IMG/VR virus record: IMGVR_UViG_3300014205_000227 | Location: 2,213 to 66,212 of that record | Origin: a virus | Taxonomy: Duplodnaviria; Caudoviricetes | Reading direction: 5' to 3' (one strand) | Length of the DNA: 64,000 bases | Shown here: piece by piece, positions 8,299 through 18,617 of the stretch | Position numbering within the stretch: the stretch's first letter is position 1 | Layout of the letters: each line of letters begins with the position of its first letter | The notes under the pieces: model-generated | Database searches by the model: none | Seen by the model: only the letters and a program-made list of their open reading frames with translations | What the model was told of the DNA's origin: nothing | Position numbers and translations under genes: made by a program

Positions 8299-10776
8299 AT
8301 GCCTCGCGTTGATCTAATCCTAGACTTTCCCAGAACCGAAATGAAGCGGGAAGGGTGGGGCGTTACTCGAACCTGCGCGAACTTCGCTTTTACTGAGTAC
8401 GTCGCTGGCAAGGGATATCAGAAGTCGTCGATACCTGATGGTTTCTGGCAACAACCCGACACTGGCTCGCTGATGCTCAAGCCCCACGTCTTTACCGATG
8501 GTTGGGAGCAAGACCCCGCTTTCGACTATGAGCGAATGACGCTGAGTGAGTTCGATCTAGGGACTCGCGACGACGGTCTCGACCTCTTCAAGCAATCGGC
8601 CGGCGTAAACTTCGGTGGCGCGAGATCGCGTCGAATCGTCGTTCGTCATCATGACAAAACCCAAGACTTCGGTCAGGTGAGTTCGATGATGTCGAGCCTG
8701 ATCTATCTGATCCAGACAGTCAACAACAACAATATGGGCTGGGCGATGCGAACAAAGACGCCTTTGCTCATGAACGAAGGTTTCGGGGTCAATGTCGTTC
8801 CTTCTGGAGTTCAGGTCGACCGGGCTGATCCTTACTTTGGCCTTAACTGGGGTCGACGTTGGTATTTCGAGATCAAGATGACCGGCTTCGGCATTCTCTG
8901 GGAGAACATGGCAGAGAACCCGATGGATGCTCAAGGTCGATGGGTCAAGCGAAAGACGCTCAATCTCTCAGAAGCGGGAATCAACATGACGAACCGTTTC
9001 CAGGTTGCGATCATTCCGTTCGGAGATCGCTACATTCATATCCAGGTTGGCCAGTCATATTCGATGTTCTCTTTTGCGAAGATTCGCTTCGGCAAAGTGG
9101 GAGCTTTCAAGGTGGCTCATTGCACCCACGACATTAGCGAGAACGGTCTGCCGATCGACTATAGCTCTCTCGAAAACCAGTGGATTAAGACCGAGTCGGC
9201 TCATGTTCATATCGCTCTTCGGCTCAGCAATTACACCTATGAGCTAAGACCGTTTCGCATTCGCTACCCTCAGCAACACGAATGCACTCTCAGCATCGAG
9301 GATATGGGCTATCCGAGACCGGTCGACTTTCCAAGCATGGATGCGTTCGGTTACAGGCCTGGCGACTCTGAGATCGATGCTTCTTACTACGATGCGAAGG
9401 GTGGCGTTTTTAACAAGGACGTGAACTCGGCTTTCGTGCCTCGCATGATCATGTATGCGTCGGCAAACAAGGTCTATACGCCTGAGCTTTGGTACTTCAA
9501 CTCTGAGGTCGGCGCTGAGACATACACTCCGCCATGGACGCCTTACTCTGCCCCATGGCAGTACATTCGCATTCCAGAGACTTTGAGGCTCGGCGCGTCG
9601 AATGTCGAAGTGAAAACTCCGGATGAGGATCGATGGCAGAAAATCTATAAGAAGGGCGGACCGTTCCGAATAACCATTGATGGCGATGTCGAATGCGATG
9701 GATACTTCAAGCGTAACAATCCGACCGTAACCGGCATGCCAGAGAGCCACGGCTGGCAAATCGATAACGAGAGCGAGGGCGAAGACTTATGGCACCGGCT
9801 CGATCATACGCCGATTGGCGAAGCCCCTCGTTTCGATGGTGAGAGCTTAGGTCCGACCATCGTCAAGTACATCAAGCGATGCGCCTTTGCTGATGCGGAG
9901 ATCGTGGTCGACGATGCTGAGATCAATGACATCAAGATCGAAGATTTTGTCGACTTGAACGATCTCAAGACGCTCAACGCCGATACGCGATGCGGCGAGC
10001 TTATTCGAGAGCTTTGCAAGAAGCTAGGCGTTCAGAATCGACCTAGCATCTACGTCCGACCAATTCAAGGGGTTTGGCATATTGGCTTCAAGTCGGTTCA
10101 TATCCAAGGAGACCCAGACCCTTACCTGAACTTCTGCTTCGGTGGCGTTGGACCGACTAACCTTCCCGATGCAGATCGATATCGAGACGATCTCGCTCAT
10201 GATGACCTAGACGCTAACAATCAGCGTTGGATATGGATTCACTCGAACATCGAAGTGACAGTAGCTCTCTCTCGATACAACCTTCTTAAAGTGATCTCGA
10301 CGAAGAACAGCGGTGGCGAAGTCGAAGCGACGGGAATCTTTATCGAGCCTCACCCAGACGTTCTCGATAATCCGGCTTCGCAGTTGTTCGAAGGTCGACT
10401 TCGACCTGAGATCATCGGACCTCCTGAGATCACCGCAACGAAAGAAGATGACATGGAGCGTCAAGGTCGACGACTTTATGACATGGAGTCGAGAGACAAT
10501 ATCACGATCTCATTCGATGGAGAATGGCAGAAGCGTATTCGAGCGAATCAGAAGTGTCGGGTGCTTGGCTACGACAATGAAGGAATGCCTTGCCAATTGG
10601 GAATCTTTAGAATCGAGCATATCGACCGCACAATCGACGCAGACACAGAGACCGGCGAGCGAGAACGCTCTCACCTTTGGACCGGCGACTACGTGCTAAC
10701 GTATCTCGGACCTGGCACCGACGAAGAGTGGCCTATGTTCAGCACGTTCCTTCCGCCTGAGATCGTGCCCGGGTAA
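8299..10776 (+). CDS. Large tail-tip/baseplate hub-like protein
   Basis: 825 aa immediately after tape measure; family not recognised. Confidence 0.55.
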   Translation: MPRVDLILDFPRTEMKREGWGVTRTCANFAFTEYVAGKGYQKSSIPDGFWQQPDTGSLMLKPHVFTDGWEQDPAFDYERMTLSEFDLGTRDDGLDLFKQSAGVNFGGARSRRIVVRHHDKTQDFGQVSSMMSSLIYLIQTVNNNNMGWAMRTKTPLLMNEGFGVNVVPSGVQVDRADPYFGLNWGRRWYFEIKMTGFGILWENMAENPMDAQGRWVKRKTLNLSEAGINMTNRFQVAIIPFGDRYIHIQVGQSYSMFSFAKIRFGKVGAFKVAHCTHDISENGLPIDYSSLENQWIKTESAHVHIALRLSNYTYELRPFRIRYPQQHECTLSIEDMGYPRPVDFPSMDAFGYRPGDSEIDASYYDAKGGVFNKDVNSAFVPRMIMYASANKVYTPELWYFNSEVGAETYTPPWTPYSAPWQYIRIPETLRLGASNVEVKTPDEDRWQKIYKKGGPFRITIDGDVECDGYFKRNNPTVTGMPESHGWQIDNESEGEDLWHRLDHTPIGEAPRFDGESLGPTIVKYIKRCAFADAEIVVDDAEINDIKIEDFVDLNDLKTLNADTRCGELIRELCKKLGVQNRPSIYVRPIQGVWHIGFKSVHIQGDPDPYLNFCFGGVGPTNLPDADRYRDDLAHDDLDANNQRWIWIHSNIEVTVALSRYNLLKVISTKNSGGEVEATGIFIEPHPDVLDNPASQLFEGRLRPEIIGPPEITATKEDDMERQGRRLYDMESRDNITISFDGEWQKRIRANQKCRVLGYDNEGMPCQLGIFRIEHIDRTIDADTETGERERSHLWTGDYVLTYLGPGTDEEWPMFSTFLPPEIVPG

Positions 10777-10785
10777 GGTCTAGTC

Positions 10786-11070
10786 ATGGAGAGAAGCGAA
10801 AACCCGGTTCCTGAGATCAAGCTCTTGATCGATGGCTTGCGCGTCCAGCGACGTGCTCAGAGGCTCGACCAAGAGCGAACGGTTTTCTCTCTCTCGAAGC
10901 GAATGGATCACGAAGTCGACCTCTCGGCGGTCCCGGTCACAAAGACGATTCGCTGTCGAATCACTCAAGCAGACGTCGACCTTGGAAACGCTTCGCCTGA
11001 TGATCTCGGTAAATTTTGGTTCTGCCCTGGATACTCAGTATTCGGCGGTGGCGATATCATGAGACCCTAG
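10786..11070 (+). CDS. Small tail-associated hypothetical protein
   Basis: 94 aa between two large tail genes; TAGTG overlap with next gene. Confidence 0.55.
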   Translation: MERSENPVPEIKLLIDGLRVQRRAQRLDQERTVFSLSKRMDHEVDLSAVPVTKTIRCRITQADVDLGNASPDDLGKFWFCPGYSVFGGGDIMRP

Positions 11071-14033
11071 TGGCATTCAAAGAAGTCTGGAAAGTCGTTC
11101 GCACGATTGAGTATTCGGGTCCGAAAGCTCTCGACTATCTCGGTAATCCGATCAAGAACACAGCGATGTACGGACCTCGCCTAACGAGCGACGGTTTCTT
11201 CTACCCTGGAATCGCTTTCCCTGATCTCGACTTTTTCTCAGGAACAGCAACCTATACCGAAACCTGGGAAGCAGACGGCTTGATCGAGACGCCGTCGACT
11301 TTCAGCACGTCGACCCAGGGAACCTTCGGTGGTTCAGCTTATTTCCCGGTCGGTCTGATGACTGGCGCAGGTTGGACGGGAATTCCTTTTCAAGAGTACA
11401 TGATCGCCCCACGAGCACCAACGCTCAGAACGACCATCGTCGCGACTACCCCGGCCGGAACCTACAACTACTCCCATACCCACAATTCACCGTCGAGCTT
11501 GCTCAAAGCTTTACCGATAAGTGGAAAGCTCTTCGGCGCGGCTGAGTGGGTCTCGGTCAATAATGGTGGCGTTCTTGTTCCTGGGACGCCTTACACCTGG
11601 CAAGCTCATACTGTGAACTACAAAGAAGAGTGGTGGGACTGGGGAGTCCAGCCGAACACTCCAGCTTTCAGCGAGCAGATCGACGGCGTAACGAGTGGAC
11701 GTTACGTCAAGATCATCGCTGGCGGCGGTTCTCTTGAGCAAGAGTATTCAACGGGGGATCCAAACGCTGGCGGCGCCGGCTTCGATCCGCTTCGTCTTTG
11801 GTACACCTTCGACTGGCTTGATGCGTGGAAATATCGGTTCCGTTTCGATATGGTCGACCATCTTGGGAATCCCGTCTCGAGGCGAGTTCTCTTCTCGACT
11901 GGCTTTCGATACGATCAAAGCGCAAGCGACCAAAATCATATCGTTGTCAGAAACGGCTCATTCGACGAAACTATCGAGCGCGATACTCAGATGATCGGTC
12001 GAGAGATCATTCGCCTTGGACCCGGTGTCGACATGACAGAAGATGATGGTCCAGAAACCGGATTGCTTTACCCGTCTGCGATCGGCGTTCAGATTCCGCA
12101 CTCGACTTTGAAAGAAGTATCGCCGCCTGCAGACCCTATCAATATCCAGTGGAACGATACCGACCGACACTATAAACAAGTCAGTCCTCCGGCTTTTGCG
12201 AGATACCCGTTCTACGTGCCAGTGAAGGGACCTCCAGTCTGGGACTTCGACTCTTACAAATGGAGTTTGCCTCAGACAAAGATTTGGTCGGTTCAGCCTG
12301 CTTCGTGGTTCACAAGCATTCCCGGGGGGAGCGTGGCCGGAAACACTTTGACCGCGACTGACTCTCAGCCGATTCTCTTTACTGCGATTCTGCCGGTCGG
12401 ACAGAACAACTACGGTTATCTCTACCCGTACCGATACGCTCGCTTTGCTTACACGGCTGAGAAAGATGGCTTCATGGACGTTCAGCTTGGACAGCCGGCC
12501 GGATACATGAAAGAGTACAGGATTCCGATCAAAGCGGGCTCTCATATCGCAGAAGTCGACACTGTGAACCCAAGACGAACGATTCAGGGAACAGGAGCAC
12601 CTTGGACCGATGCCGGATTGCTTCCGAGAGTCGACGGTCAAAACGTGATTGTTTCTCAGCCTTTGCAGTTCTCGAACGGTCGATTCGGCGGAATCGTCGT
12701 CTGCACTACGATCTGGCTTTCGTTCATTGACAACAAGATCACGGTCTCGAACTTCGGCGGCTTTGTGAAGTATTCGGCAAAAGCTCGCCAGATGGTTCCT
12801 AGCTACTCGAACGATCCTTTCGTGCTCTCAGACGCGAACTCAGGAACTAGCGGAATCGGGGGCAACTTTTACAACTTCGTCGGTCATGTCGACGGAAAAG
12901 ACGCGCATCGCTTCTATATCCCTCCAGGCAACATCGCCCCACCGACGACCGGCAACACTCAGAATTACAACTGGCAGACCTTAACCGGTTACATGCCCGG
13001 TCAACAATTCGGAGCAACGCAAAGAGACGGCTCTCTCTACCCTGAGCAAGACGCTTTGACCGAAGTCGTCTATAAGCACGGAACTTACGGAACAGGCGCA
13101 GGAACCTTCCCCAACGTTCAGCACAGTGGCCTTTATGGAAACTTGCCGTTCTTCCATGCTTCAGTGTTTTGGGGAACAGCGATCAGCACCACGACGCTTC
13201 GCAAGGGCAAAGCTGAGATCGTGAATCAAACGGTCGACGACGGCGCGAGCTTCAACGAAGAGATCACGATCAACACTCAGCAAAATCAAGGCTGGGGACT
13301 TATGCCGCTTGATTGGTGGTGGAGTCCGCTCGCGAACGCGCTGAACTGGACCGGTCAAGCTCCGGCCGATTCTCAATGGCACTTCCGCATTCGAGACAAG
13401 AAAGACGAACTGCCTTACGACTGGCGTCGTCGAGTTGGCACTGAATCATTCGGCTCGGTCTATTGGGTCGGGATGCTTGGAAGCTCGATAGGTGGAAACG
13501 ATGTTCACCTTAACCTCACTCGGCGTCACTCCTTCATTTATGAGGTTCGATGCAGTGAAGACGGCTTGACCCTTACTCGATTCAATCTCGAAGGTGACGT
13601 AGAAGAGCACTCGGTTCTCAGCGATCCAGACATCGCCAGAGCACAGGTCGCAGTCCAAAGCGACGATTCGGTTAGAATCGCATATGAGCTTGACTCGAAA
13701 ATCTACTTGATTGAGTCAGACTCGAACGGGGAAACCTGGAAGGAATCGATAGAGATCATGGATGGAGAAAATCCGGCGATTGCCGAAGATGTCGACTGGA
13801 AAATCTCCTACATGGCGGTGAACGTCGACGGCGCTTTCGTCTGCATGCGTCAAGTCGATACCGAACCATGGGAAGAAGCTGGCGAGATCATGGCGATTGC
13901 TGATGGTCGACCTGGGCTCGAAGTGCTGAACGATGCGGCTCATACCTTGGTTTTCTCAGTCGACGATAATGGAACGATGCGACGAACGACTTCGAATAGT
14001 CAGGGTGAGACCTGGCGGGAACTTGTACTCTGA
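11070..14033 (+). CDS. Large tail-tip / receptor-binding protein
   Basis: GTG start overlapping upstream TAG; about 987 aa rich in T/G/P/W/Y; acidic propeller-like C-terminus. Confidence 0.55.
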   Translation: MAFKEVWKVVRTIEYSGPKALDYLGNPIKNTAMYGPRLTSDGFFYPGIAFPDLDFFSGTATYTETWEADGLIETPSTFSTSTQGTFGGSAYFPVGLMTGAGWTGIPFQEYMIAPRAPTLRTTIVATTPAGTYNYSHTHNSPSSLLKALPISGKLFGAAEWVSVNNGGVLVPGTPYTWQAHTVNYKEEWWDWGVQPNTPAFSEQIDGVTSGRYVKIIAGGGSLEQEYSTGDPNAGGAGFDPLRLWYTFDWLDAWKYRFRFDMVDHLGNPVSRRVLFSTGFRYDQSASDQNHIVVRNGSFDETIERDTQMIGREIIRLGPGVDMTEDDGPETGLLYPSAIGVQIPHSTLKEVSPPADPINIQWNDTDRHYKQVSPPAFARYPFYVPVKGPPVWDFDSYKWSLPQTKIWSVQPASWFTSIPGGSVAGNTLTATDSQPILFTAILPVGQNNYGYLYPYRYARFAYTAEKDGFMDVQLGQPAGYMKEYRIPIKAGSHIAEVDTVNPRRTIQGTGAPWTDAGLLPRVDGQNVIVSQPLQFSNGRFGGIVVCTTIWLSFIDNKITVSNFGGFVKYSAKARQMVPSYSNDPFVLSDANSGTSGIGGNFYNFVGHVDGKDAHRFYIPPGNIAPPTTGNTQNYNWQTLTGYMPGQQFGATQRDGSLYPEQDALTEVVYKHGTYGTGAGTFPNVQHSGLYGNLPFFHASVFWGTAISTTTLRKGKAEIVNQTVDDGASFNEEITINTQQNQGWGLMPLDWWWSPLANALNWTGQAPADSQWHFRIRDKKDELPYDWRRRVGTESFGSVYWVGMLGSSIGGNDVHLNLTRRHSFIYEVRCSEDGLTLTRFNLEGDVEEHSVLSDPDIARAQVAVQSDDSVRIAYELDSKIYLIESDSNGETWKESIEIMDGENPAIAEDVDWKISYMAVNVDGAFVCMRQVDTEPWEEAGEIMAIADGRPGLEVLNDAAHTLVFSVDDNGTMRRTTSNSQGETWRELVL

Positions 14034-14995
14034 TGGAAGGACTCTTACCAATTCTGCCGACCTCTTTGGTCACTCCGTTCAACACTAACTTCGAGGCTAT
14101 CGAGCTTGCGACGATCACGCTCGGAAAAGGAATTCTGAGCGGTGGCGCATTGACCGCTGGAACCGGTCTAAAGATCAACATCGCCGCGGCTATGATTCGC
14201 GGTCTGAAAGTCTGCAATATCGCCGGCCTGACGAACGTCGACTTCCCCAACAACTCGACGAAGTACATCTGGCTTAACGAAGATAACAACTACCTGCCGA
14301 CAGACACTCTTACCGATCCAGGTGGAACTTACACCTGCTTTGGTCGAGCCGTTAGCTCTGGCGGCGTTGTCACTGTGTCGACGATCGGCAGGATGCTAGG
14401 GTTTCGAGTCGACTCGAACACTGCATTGAAGTTCGGCCTTAGCCTGACTTATGATGACGTGAACGGTTTGGTAGTTCCTTCTATCGAGCTTTCAGGCAGA
14501 GCGAAAGCCGCTCGATTCGATCTTCCATTTCAAGCCAGTGATCCAAGCGCAGACAGCGGGGTTCTCAAGCTCTATTCGAAGATCGTCTCGGGAAGTCAAG
14601 AACTGTTCGTGATCGATGGCGGCGGAACGGTTCGACAGCTTACGAGAGGCGGTCGACTCAATCCGGTCGACTCGAACACTCAGACCCTGAGCGGAACCAA
14701 GACGGGCTTGGTAAGCGATGCTCAGATACAGATTTTGACTCCTCAGACATCGAACCGGACCTATAAGCTTCCGCCAGCCGATATTCACGTTTGCCGAACT
14801 GTCGTTAATGGCGCGACTTCTGGAGTGCTCTTGATCAACGTCGAGCGATACGAAGATAACACGGTTGTGGCTTCTCTCGACCCTGGAGAGTTCTGCATCG
14901 TCTCGCCTCAACTCAACCCCGCAACGATGGCGGCTAGGTACGGTTCGAGCTATACGGTGCATGCTCCCGGCGACAACCTTTACCCACATGGCTAA
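14033..14995 (+). CDS. Tail fibre/structural protein
   Basis: 320 aa; TGATG overlap; GILSGGALTAGTGLKINIAA N-terminus typical of fibre anchors. Confidence 0.5.
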   Translation: MEGLLPILPTSLVTPFNTNFEAIELATITLGKGILSGGALTAGTGLKINIAAAMIRGLKVCNIAGLTNVDFPNNSTKYIWLNEDNNYLPTDTLTDPGGTYTCFGRAVSSGGVVTVSTIGRMLGFRVDSNTALKFGLSLTYDDVNGLVVPSIELSGRAKAARFDLPFQASDPSADSGVLKLYSKIVSGSQELFVIDGGGTVRQLTRGGRLNPVDSNTQTLSGTKTGLVSDAQIQILTPQTSNRTYKLPPADIHVCRTVVNGATSGVLLINVERYEDNTVVASLDPGEFCIVSPQLNPATMAARYGSSYTVHAPGDNLYPHG

Positions 14996-15000
14996 AACCC

Positions 15001-15010
15001 TGTGTATAAT
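15001..15010 (+). promoter_or_regulatory. Internal promoter TGTG-TATAAT for the accessory fibre operon
   Basis: Perfect TATAAT 15005-15010 in intergenic DNA, followed by an imperfect hairpin and GGAG RBS. Confidence 0.55.
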
Positions 15011-15056
15011 CGGGCAGTAGGCGACGGAGGCCGACGCCAAACGGAGTTAAGAAACT

Positions 15057-15506
15057 ATGCCCGCAAATATGTATGGAAAGGCGTTCGGATCGGTCCTCGG
15101 TGGCTATTCTTCAGGGGACGCATACGCCGTCGATCTTCTGTCGGACACTATGAAGCTGATGCTTTGCACGGCTTCATATACGCCCGATCTCGACGCGCAT
15201 CAATTCAAGTCTGATGTCACAAACGAAATTACTGGCACTGGCTACACTGCTGGCGGTGTCACTCTCGCCGGAAAAACGCTCACTTACAGTTCCGGATCGA
15301 ATAAGACGATCTTTGATTGTAACGATGCAGTTTGGGCGGCGGCGACTATCACGTTCCGATACGCGATTCTCTATAAGTCGACTGGCACAAACTCGACTTC
15401 CCCGCTGATCGGAATCATGGACTTCGGCTCAGACGTTGCGAGCACAGGCGGCGATGCTACTGTCGTCTTCAACGCTGGCGGAGTTTGGGAACTCACGGCT
15501 AACTAA
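15057..15506 (+). CDS. Small virion structural protein (DTxKLMLCTASYTPD...TGYTAGGVTL family), copy 1
   Basis: Motifs common in fibre-associated ~150-aa phage proteins; resembles 18618-19097. Confidence 0.55.
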   Translation: MPANMYGKAFGSVLGGYSSGDAYAVDLLSDTMKLMLCTASYTPDLDAHQFKSDVTNEITGTGYTAGGVTLAGKTLTYSSGSNKTIFDCNDAVWAAATITFRYAILYKSTGTNSTSPLIGIMDFGSDVASTGGDATVVFNAGGVWELTAN

Positions 15507-15514
15507 AAACCTGG

Positions 15515-15967
15515 ATGGAACCCCTCTTTGTCACTCATGAGGACGGCACTCTCAAAACCGTCGACAAACGAGGGGTTCGTGTGGCCACTTTGGACCGGCA
15601 AACTCAGCCGATTCACCACAACCTTTCTCTCGAAGTATCCGGCGCCATCCTCTTGATCGGTCTCGGCGATGCTGATCTAGCAAAGAGATTGCTCAATTCC
15701 CCTTTGGTGACTTACCTTCAAGTCTGGGAATTTGATCCCGACGTCATCGCAGAATTTCACCCTGGCTCTTCGAAGTGCTTTGTCAGAGAGTGCGATGGAA
15801 CGACCGAGATCCCGCACGGTAAATTCGACTACATCATTCTCGATCATGAGTGTGGCGTCGAGCCTCAGCACCTTCTCAAGCACCAACAGAACGCAGAACG
15901 ACTTCGCCCCTATGCTGATCGAATCGTCTCTATCTCGCATCGGCGGATTCAGATACTATTCCTCTGA
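15515..15967 (+). CDS. Class I SAM-dependent methyltransferase-fold protein, spermidine-synthase-like, degenerate
   Basis: ILLIGLGDA, VWEFDPDVI and KFDYIILDH match the motif I/II/IV pattern. Confidence 0.55.
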   Translation: MEPLFVTHEDGTLKTVDKRGVRVATLDRQTQPIHHNLSLEVSGAILLIGLGDADLAKRLLNSPLVTYLQVWEFDPDVIAEFHPGSSKCFVRECDGTTEIPHGKFDYIILDHECGVEPQHLLKHQQNAERLRPYADRIVSISHRRIQILFL

Positions 15968-16503
15968 TGAGGGAACTGAGCCAAACGCAAGCCGATTACG
16001 TTAATCTTCGTCGACGCCAGTTCGCCAACGTCTGGAAAGAGTTCGAGCTCGGCGGTCTAAAGATCACCTTCGCTCGAAACGTTTGGTGCTTGAACATCGA
16101 GGGCTTTGACTGGATGTGTACCAACGATATCGACTTTCTCGATCACGCTTGCATCGACGCATTCGACGGCGATGTGATCTTGACTGGCCTTGGCCTTGGT
16201 CTCGGCGTTCTCTATGCCGCTTGCAATCCTCGCATTCGAAGCGTCGACATTCTCGAAGCAGATCAAAGAGTGATCGACGCTGTTTGGCCTATGCTTCAAG
16301 AGACTGGCCTTTTGTCTGATCGATTCTCTTTGATCAAATGCGATGCCGATCGCTTCGAAGCGTCAAAGCGGTACGACTTCGCTTTTCTCGATCACGCTAA
16401 GAGAAACGTTCCGACGTCGACTTTGCAATACTTCGAGAGCATTAGCTCAGAAACTTTGACTTGGTGGGATGAAATGCAAAAGCTCGAGGGTCTATGTCAG
16501 TAA
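15967..16503 (+). CDS. Class I SAM-dependent methyltransferase, spermidine-synthase-like
   Basis: GDVILTGLGLG, VDILEADQRVI, IKCDA and YDFAFLDH. Confidence 0.7.
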   Translation: MRELSQTQADYVNLRRRQFANVWKEFELGGLKITFARNVWCLNIEGFDWMCTNDIDFLDHACIDAFDGDVILTGLGLGLGVLYAACNPRIRSVDILEADQRVIDAVWPMLQETGLLSDRFSLIKCDADRFEASKRYDFAFLDHAKRNVPTSTLQYFESISSETLTWWDEMQKLEGLCQ

Positions 16504-18611
16504 CGAACTGGATGGTCGCAGATACGTGCGTCAACTTTAACAGTGGCGGCTCTCTTGCTTGGATCAAGGACACTTTTGGTTCGGCTCTCGATGGAAACGA
16601 AGTCCAGAGCGACAACAACGTTTATGCAGGTGTTTTTGGTCAAGGCAGTGATACGACTCACTACCTAATTTGTAAGAACCTCAACTCCATCATGAGCGAG
16701 GTTCCAAGCGGAGCGGTTCCGACCGGCTTCGAGGTCGAACTCATTCACGTCAAGTCAGGCAGTTTGCCGGTAATCGCTACGACGACGATCAAGTTCGTAA
16801 AAGGTGGATCGATTGTCGGAACCTCAATCGGAAACTCTACTGATTGGAGTACGTCTGAGTCGACGGTTACCTACGGAAATTCAGCTTCTCTCGGCGGTGA
16901 GTCCTGGGCTGATACCGATGTTCGAGACGATGAATTCGGATGCGCGATTCAAGTCACTTACGGATCAGCAAGACTCTCGACTGCAGATCGTCATGCTTTG
17001 GTCGACCGAGTTCGCATGCGCGTCAACTACGATGACGGCGTTCCACCGGTCGAAGCCGACTTTGATCTCTTAACAGGATCAGGAACGTTCTTGATGGCTT
17101 CGACCGAACTCATGCAAAACTTCGGCCTGCTTTCTGGATCTGGGGCAATTCTCATGCCCTTCTTCTCAGATGGTGGCAACGTAAGCGCAGATTTCGCACA
17201 GCTTCTCGGCTCGGGCCTCTTGCCGATGCCAACGTTTGAAGGCGATTCGAACTCTGATTTCGGCTTGATCACAGGTTCCGGAGCACTTTTAGAGCCGACC
17301 TTCAATAAGTATTTCTCGTTTGGACTTCTCAGCGGTTCCGGCCTGGTGTTAATGGGAACGACGAACATCGGCGTGACTGTGAACGCTGATATGATCACGG
17401 GCTCGGGAGCTTTGCTTTATCCTGATTCTGTTGGCGAAGGTCGAAGAGCGTTCCAAGATCAGCCACTCAGCGGTTTAGGCTCGCTCTTGATGGGTGCGTT
17501 CAATCCACCGGTAAGTGTGAACGCATCGCTGATCGCTGGATCAGGCGCGATACTCGAGGCAGTCTTCGAAGGAAAAGCGAACGTCGCTGGTCTTTTGATG
17601 ACCGGTTCGGCTCGATTGCTTGAACCGACCGCAACAACCGGAACATCAGTCGAAGCCGACTTGATCACAGGCGAAGGCGAGCTACTTGAGCCCACGTTTA
17701 TGTACGGTGCTCGCGTCAACTTTGGGAAGTTGGCCGGAAGCGGTTCGCTTCTCATGAGCACTTACTCAATGCCAAGGTCGGTCGACTTCGACACTCTCGA
17801 GGGTGAAGGAACAATGCTGATGGCAGTCGGCGGCGTTCATACGAAAGCCTACGCAGACTTGATTCAAGGTTCCGGCGCCATGTTGATGGGCGGTGGCTCA
17901 GTAAGCGTCAATGCCGATAAGTTCGTCGGTTCAGGCTCGCTACTGATGGGCACGATGTTCTATGGCGCGAACGTTACGCCAGACCTGATCACCGGCTCTG
18001 GGGCGTTCTTGATGGGGACTTATCGAGAAGGAACGCGAATTCTTGCCCCTGTGATCGCCGGAGCGGGCTTAGTCTTGATGCCTAGTGTTTCTATCAAGGC
18101 AGAGGCTCAGATGATGGTTCTCGGCGGTTCAGGCCGTATTCTGATGCCATCGGTCTCTTACAACGCTCGACCGGTTGCTGATGTCATCGCTGGGTCGGGT
18201 CAAATGCTGATGGCTCAAGTCGTTCTCTCAGCGACGGTCGACTTCGCGATTCTTTCGTCATCTGCGCGTCTCTTAGAACCTATCGTTCACGTCTCAGGTA
18301 CCAATCCTTTCGTGATCGCTTCGCCTTTCACTGGTGAAGGTCGCATCTTAGAAGCAACGGCTGAGGCAGAGGCGAGAGTGCTCGCTGATGTGATTAGCGG
18401 TTCCGGCAGGCTTCGCATGGGAACCTTCTATGTCAACGGTGGCTTGATCGTCTTTGCTTCTCTCTTCAAAGGTTCAGGTCGACTTCTCATGCCGACGCTC
18501 GCATTCGCTTCCCCGTCGAGCATTCCAAGTGAGTCCTTACTTGAGATCGAGATCGAGAAAGACTTCCTTGATCTTGGCGGATCGAGTTCTTCTGTTCTTC
18601 GGCTAGAATAG
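16494..18611 (+). CDS. Fibre protein 1: N-terminal beta-sandwich plus about 22 xGSGxLLM repeats
   Basis: 705 aa; repeats visible in translation. Confidence 0.6.
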   Translation: MSVTNWMVADTCVNFNSGGSLAWIKDTFGSALDGNEVQSDNNVYAGVFGQGSDTTHYLICKNLNSIMSEVPSGAVPTGFEVELIHVKSGSLPVIATTTIKFVKGGSIVGTSIGNSTDWSTSESTVTYGNSASLGGESWADTDVRDDEFGCAIQVTYGSARLSTADRHALVDRVRMRVNYDDGVPPVEADFDLLTGSGTFLMASTELMQNFGLLSGSGAILMPFFSDGGNVSADFAQLLGSGLLPMPTFEGDSNSDFGLITGSGALLEPTFNKYFSFGLLSGSGLVLMGTTNIGVTVNADMITGSGALLYPDSVGEGRRAFQDQPLSGLGSLLMGAFNPPVSVNASLIAGSGAILEAVFEGKANVAGLLMTGSARLLEPTATTGTSVEADLITGEGELLEPTFMYGARVNFGKLAGSGSLLMSTYSMPRSVDFDTLEGEGTMLMAVGGVHTKAYADLIQGSGAMLMGGGSVSVNADKFVGSGSLLMGTMFYGANVTPDLITGSGAFLMGTYREGTRILAPVIAGAGLVLMPSVSIKAEAQMMVLGGSGRILMPSVSYNARPVADVIAGSGQMLMAQVVLSATVDFAILSSSARLLEPIVHVSGTNPFVIASPFTGEGRILEATAEAEARVLADVISGSGRLRMGTFYVNGGLIVFASLFKGSGRLLMPTLAFASPSSIPSESLLEIEIEKDFLDLGGSSSSVLRLE

Positions 18612-18617
18612 TGCCAA

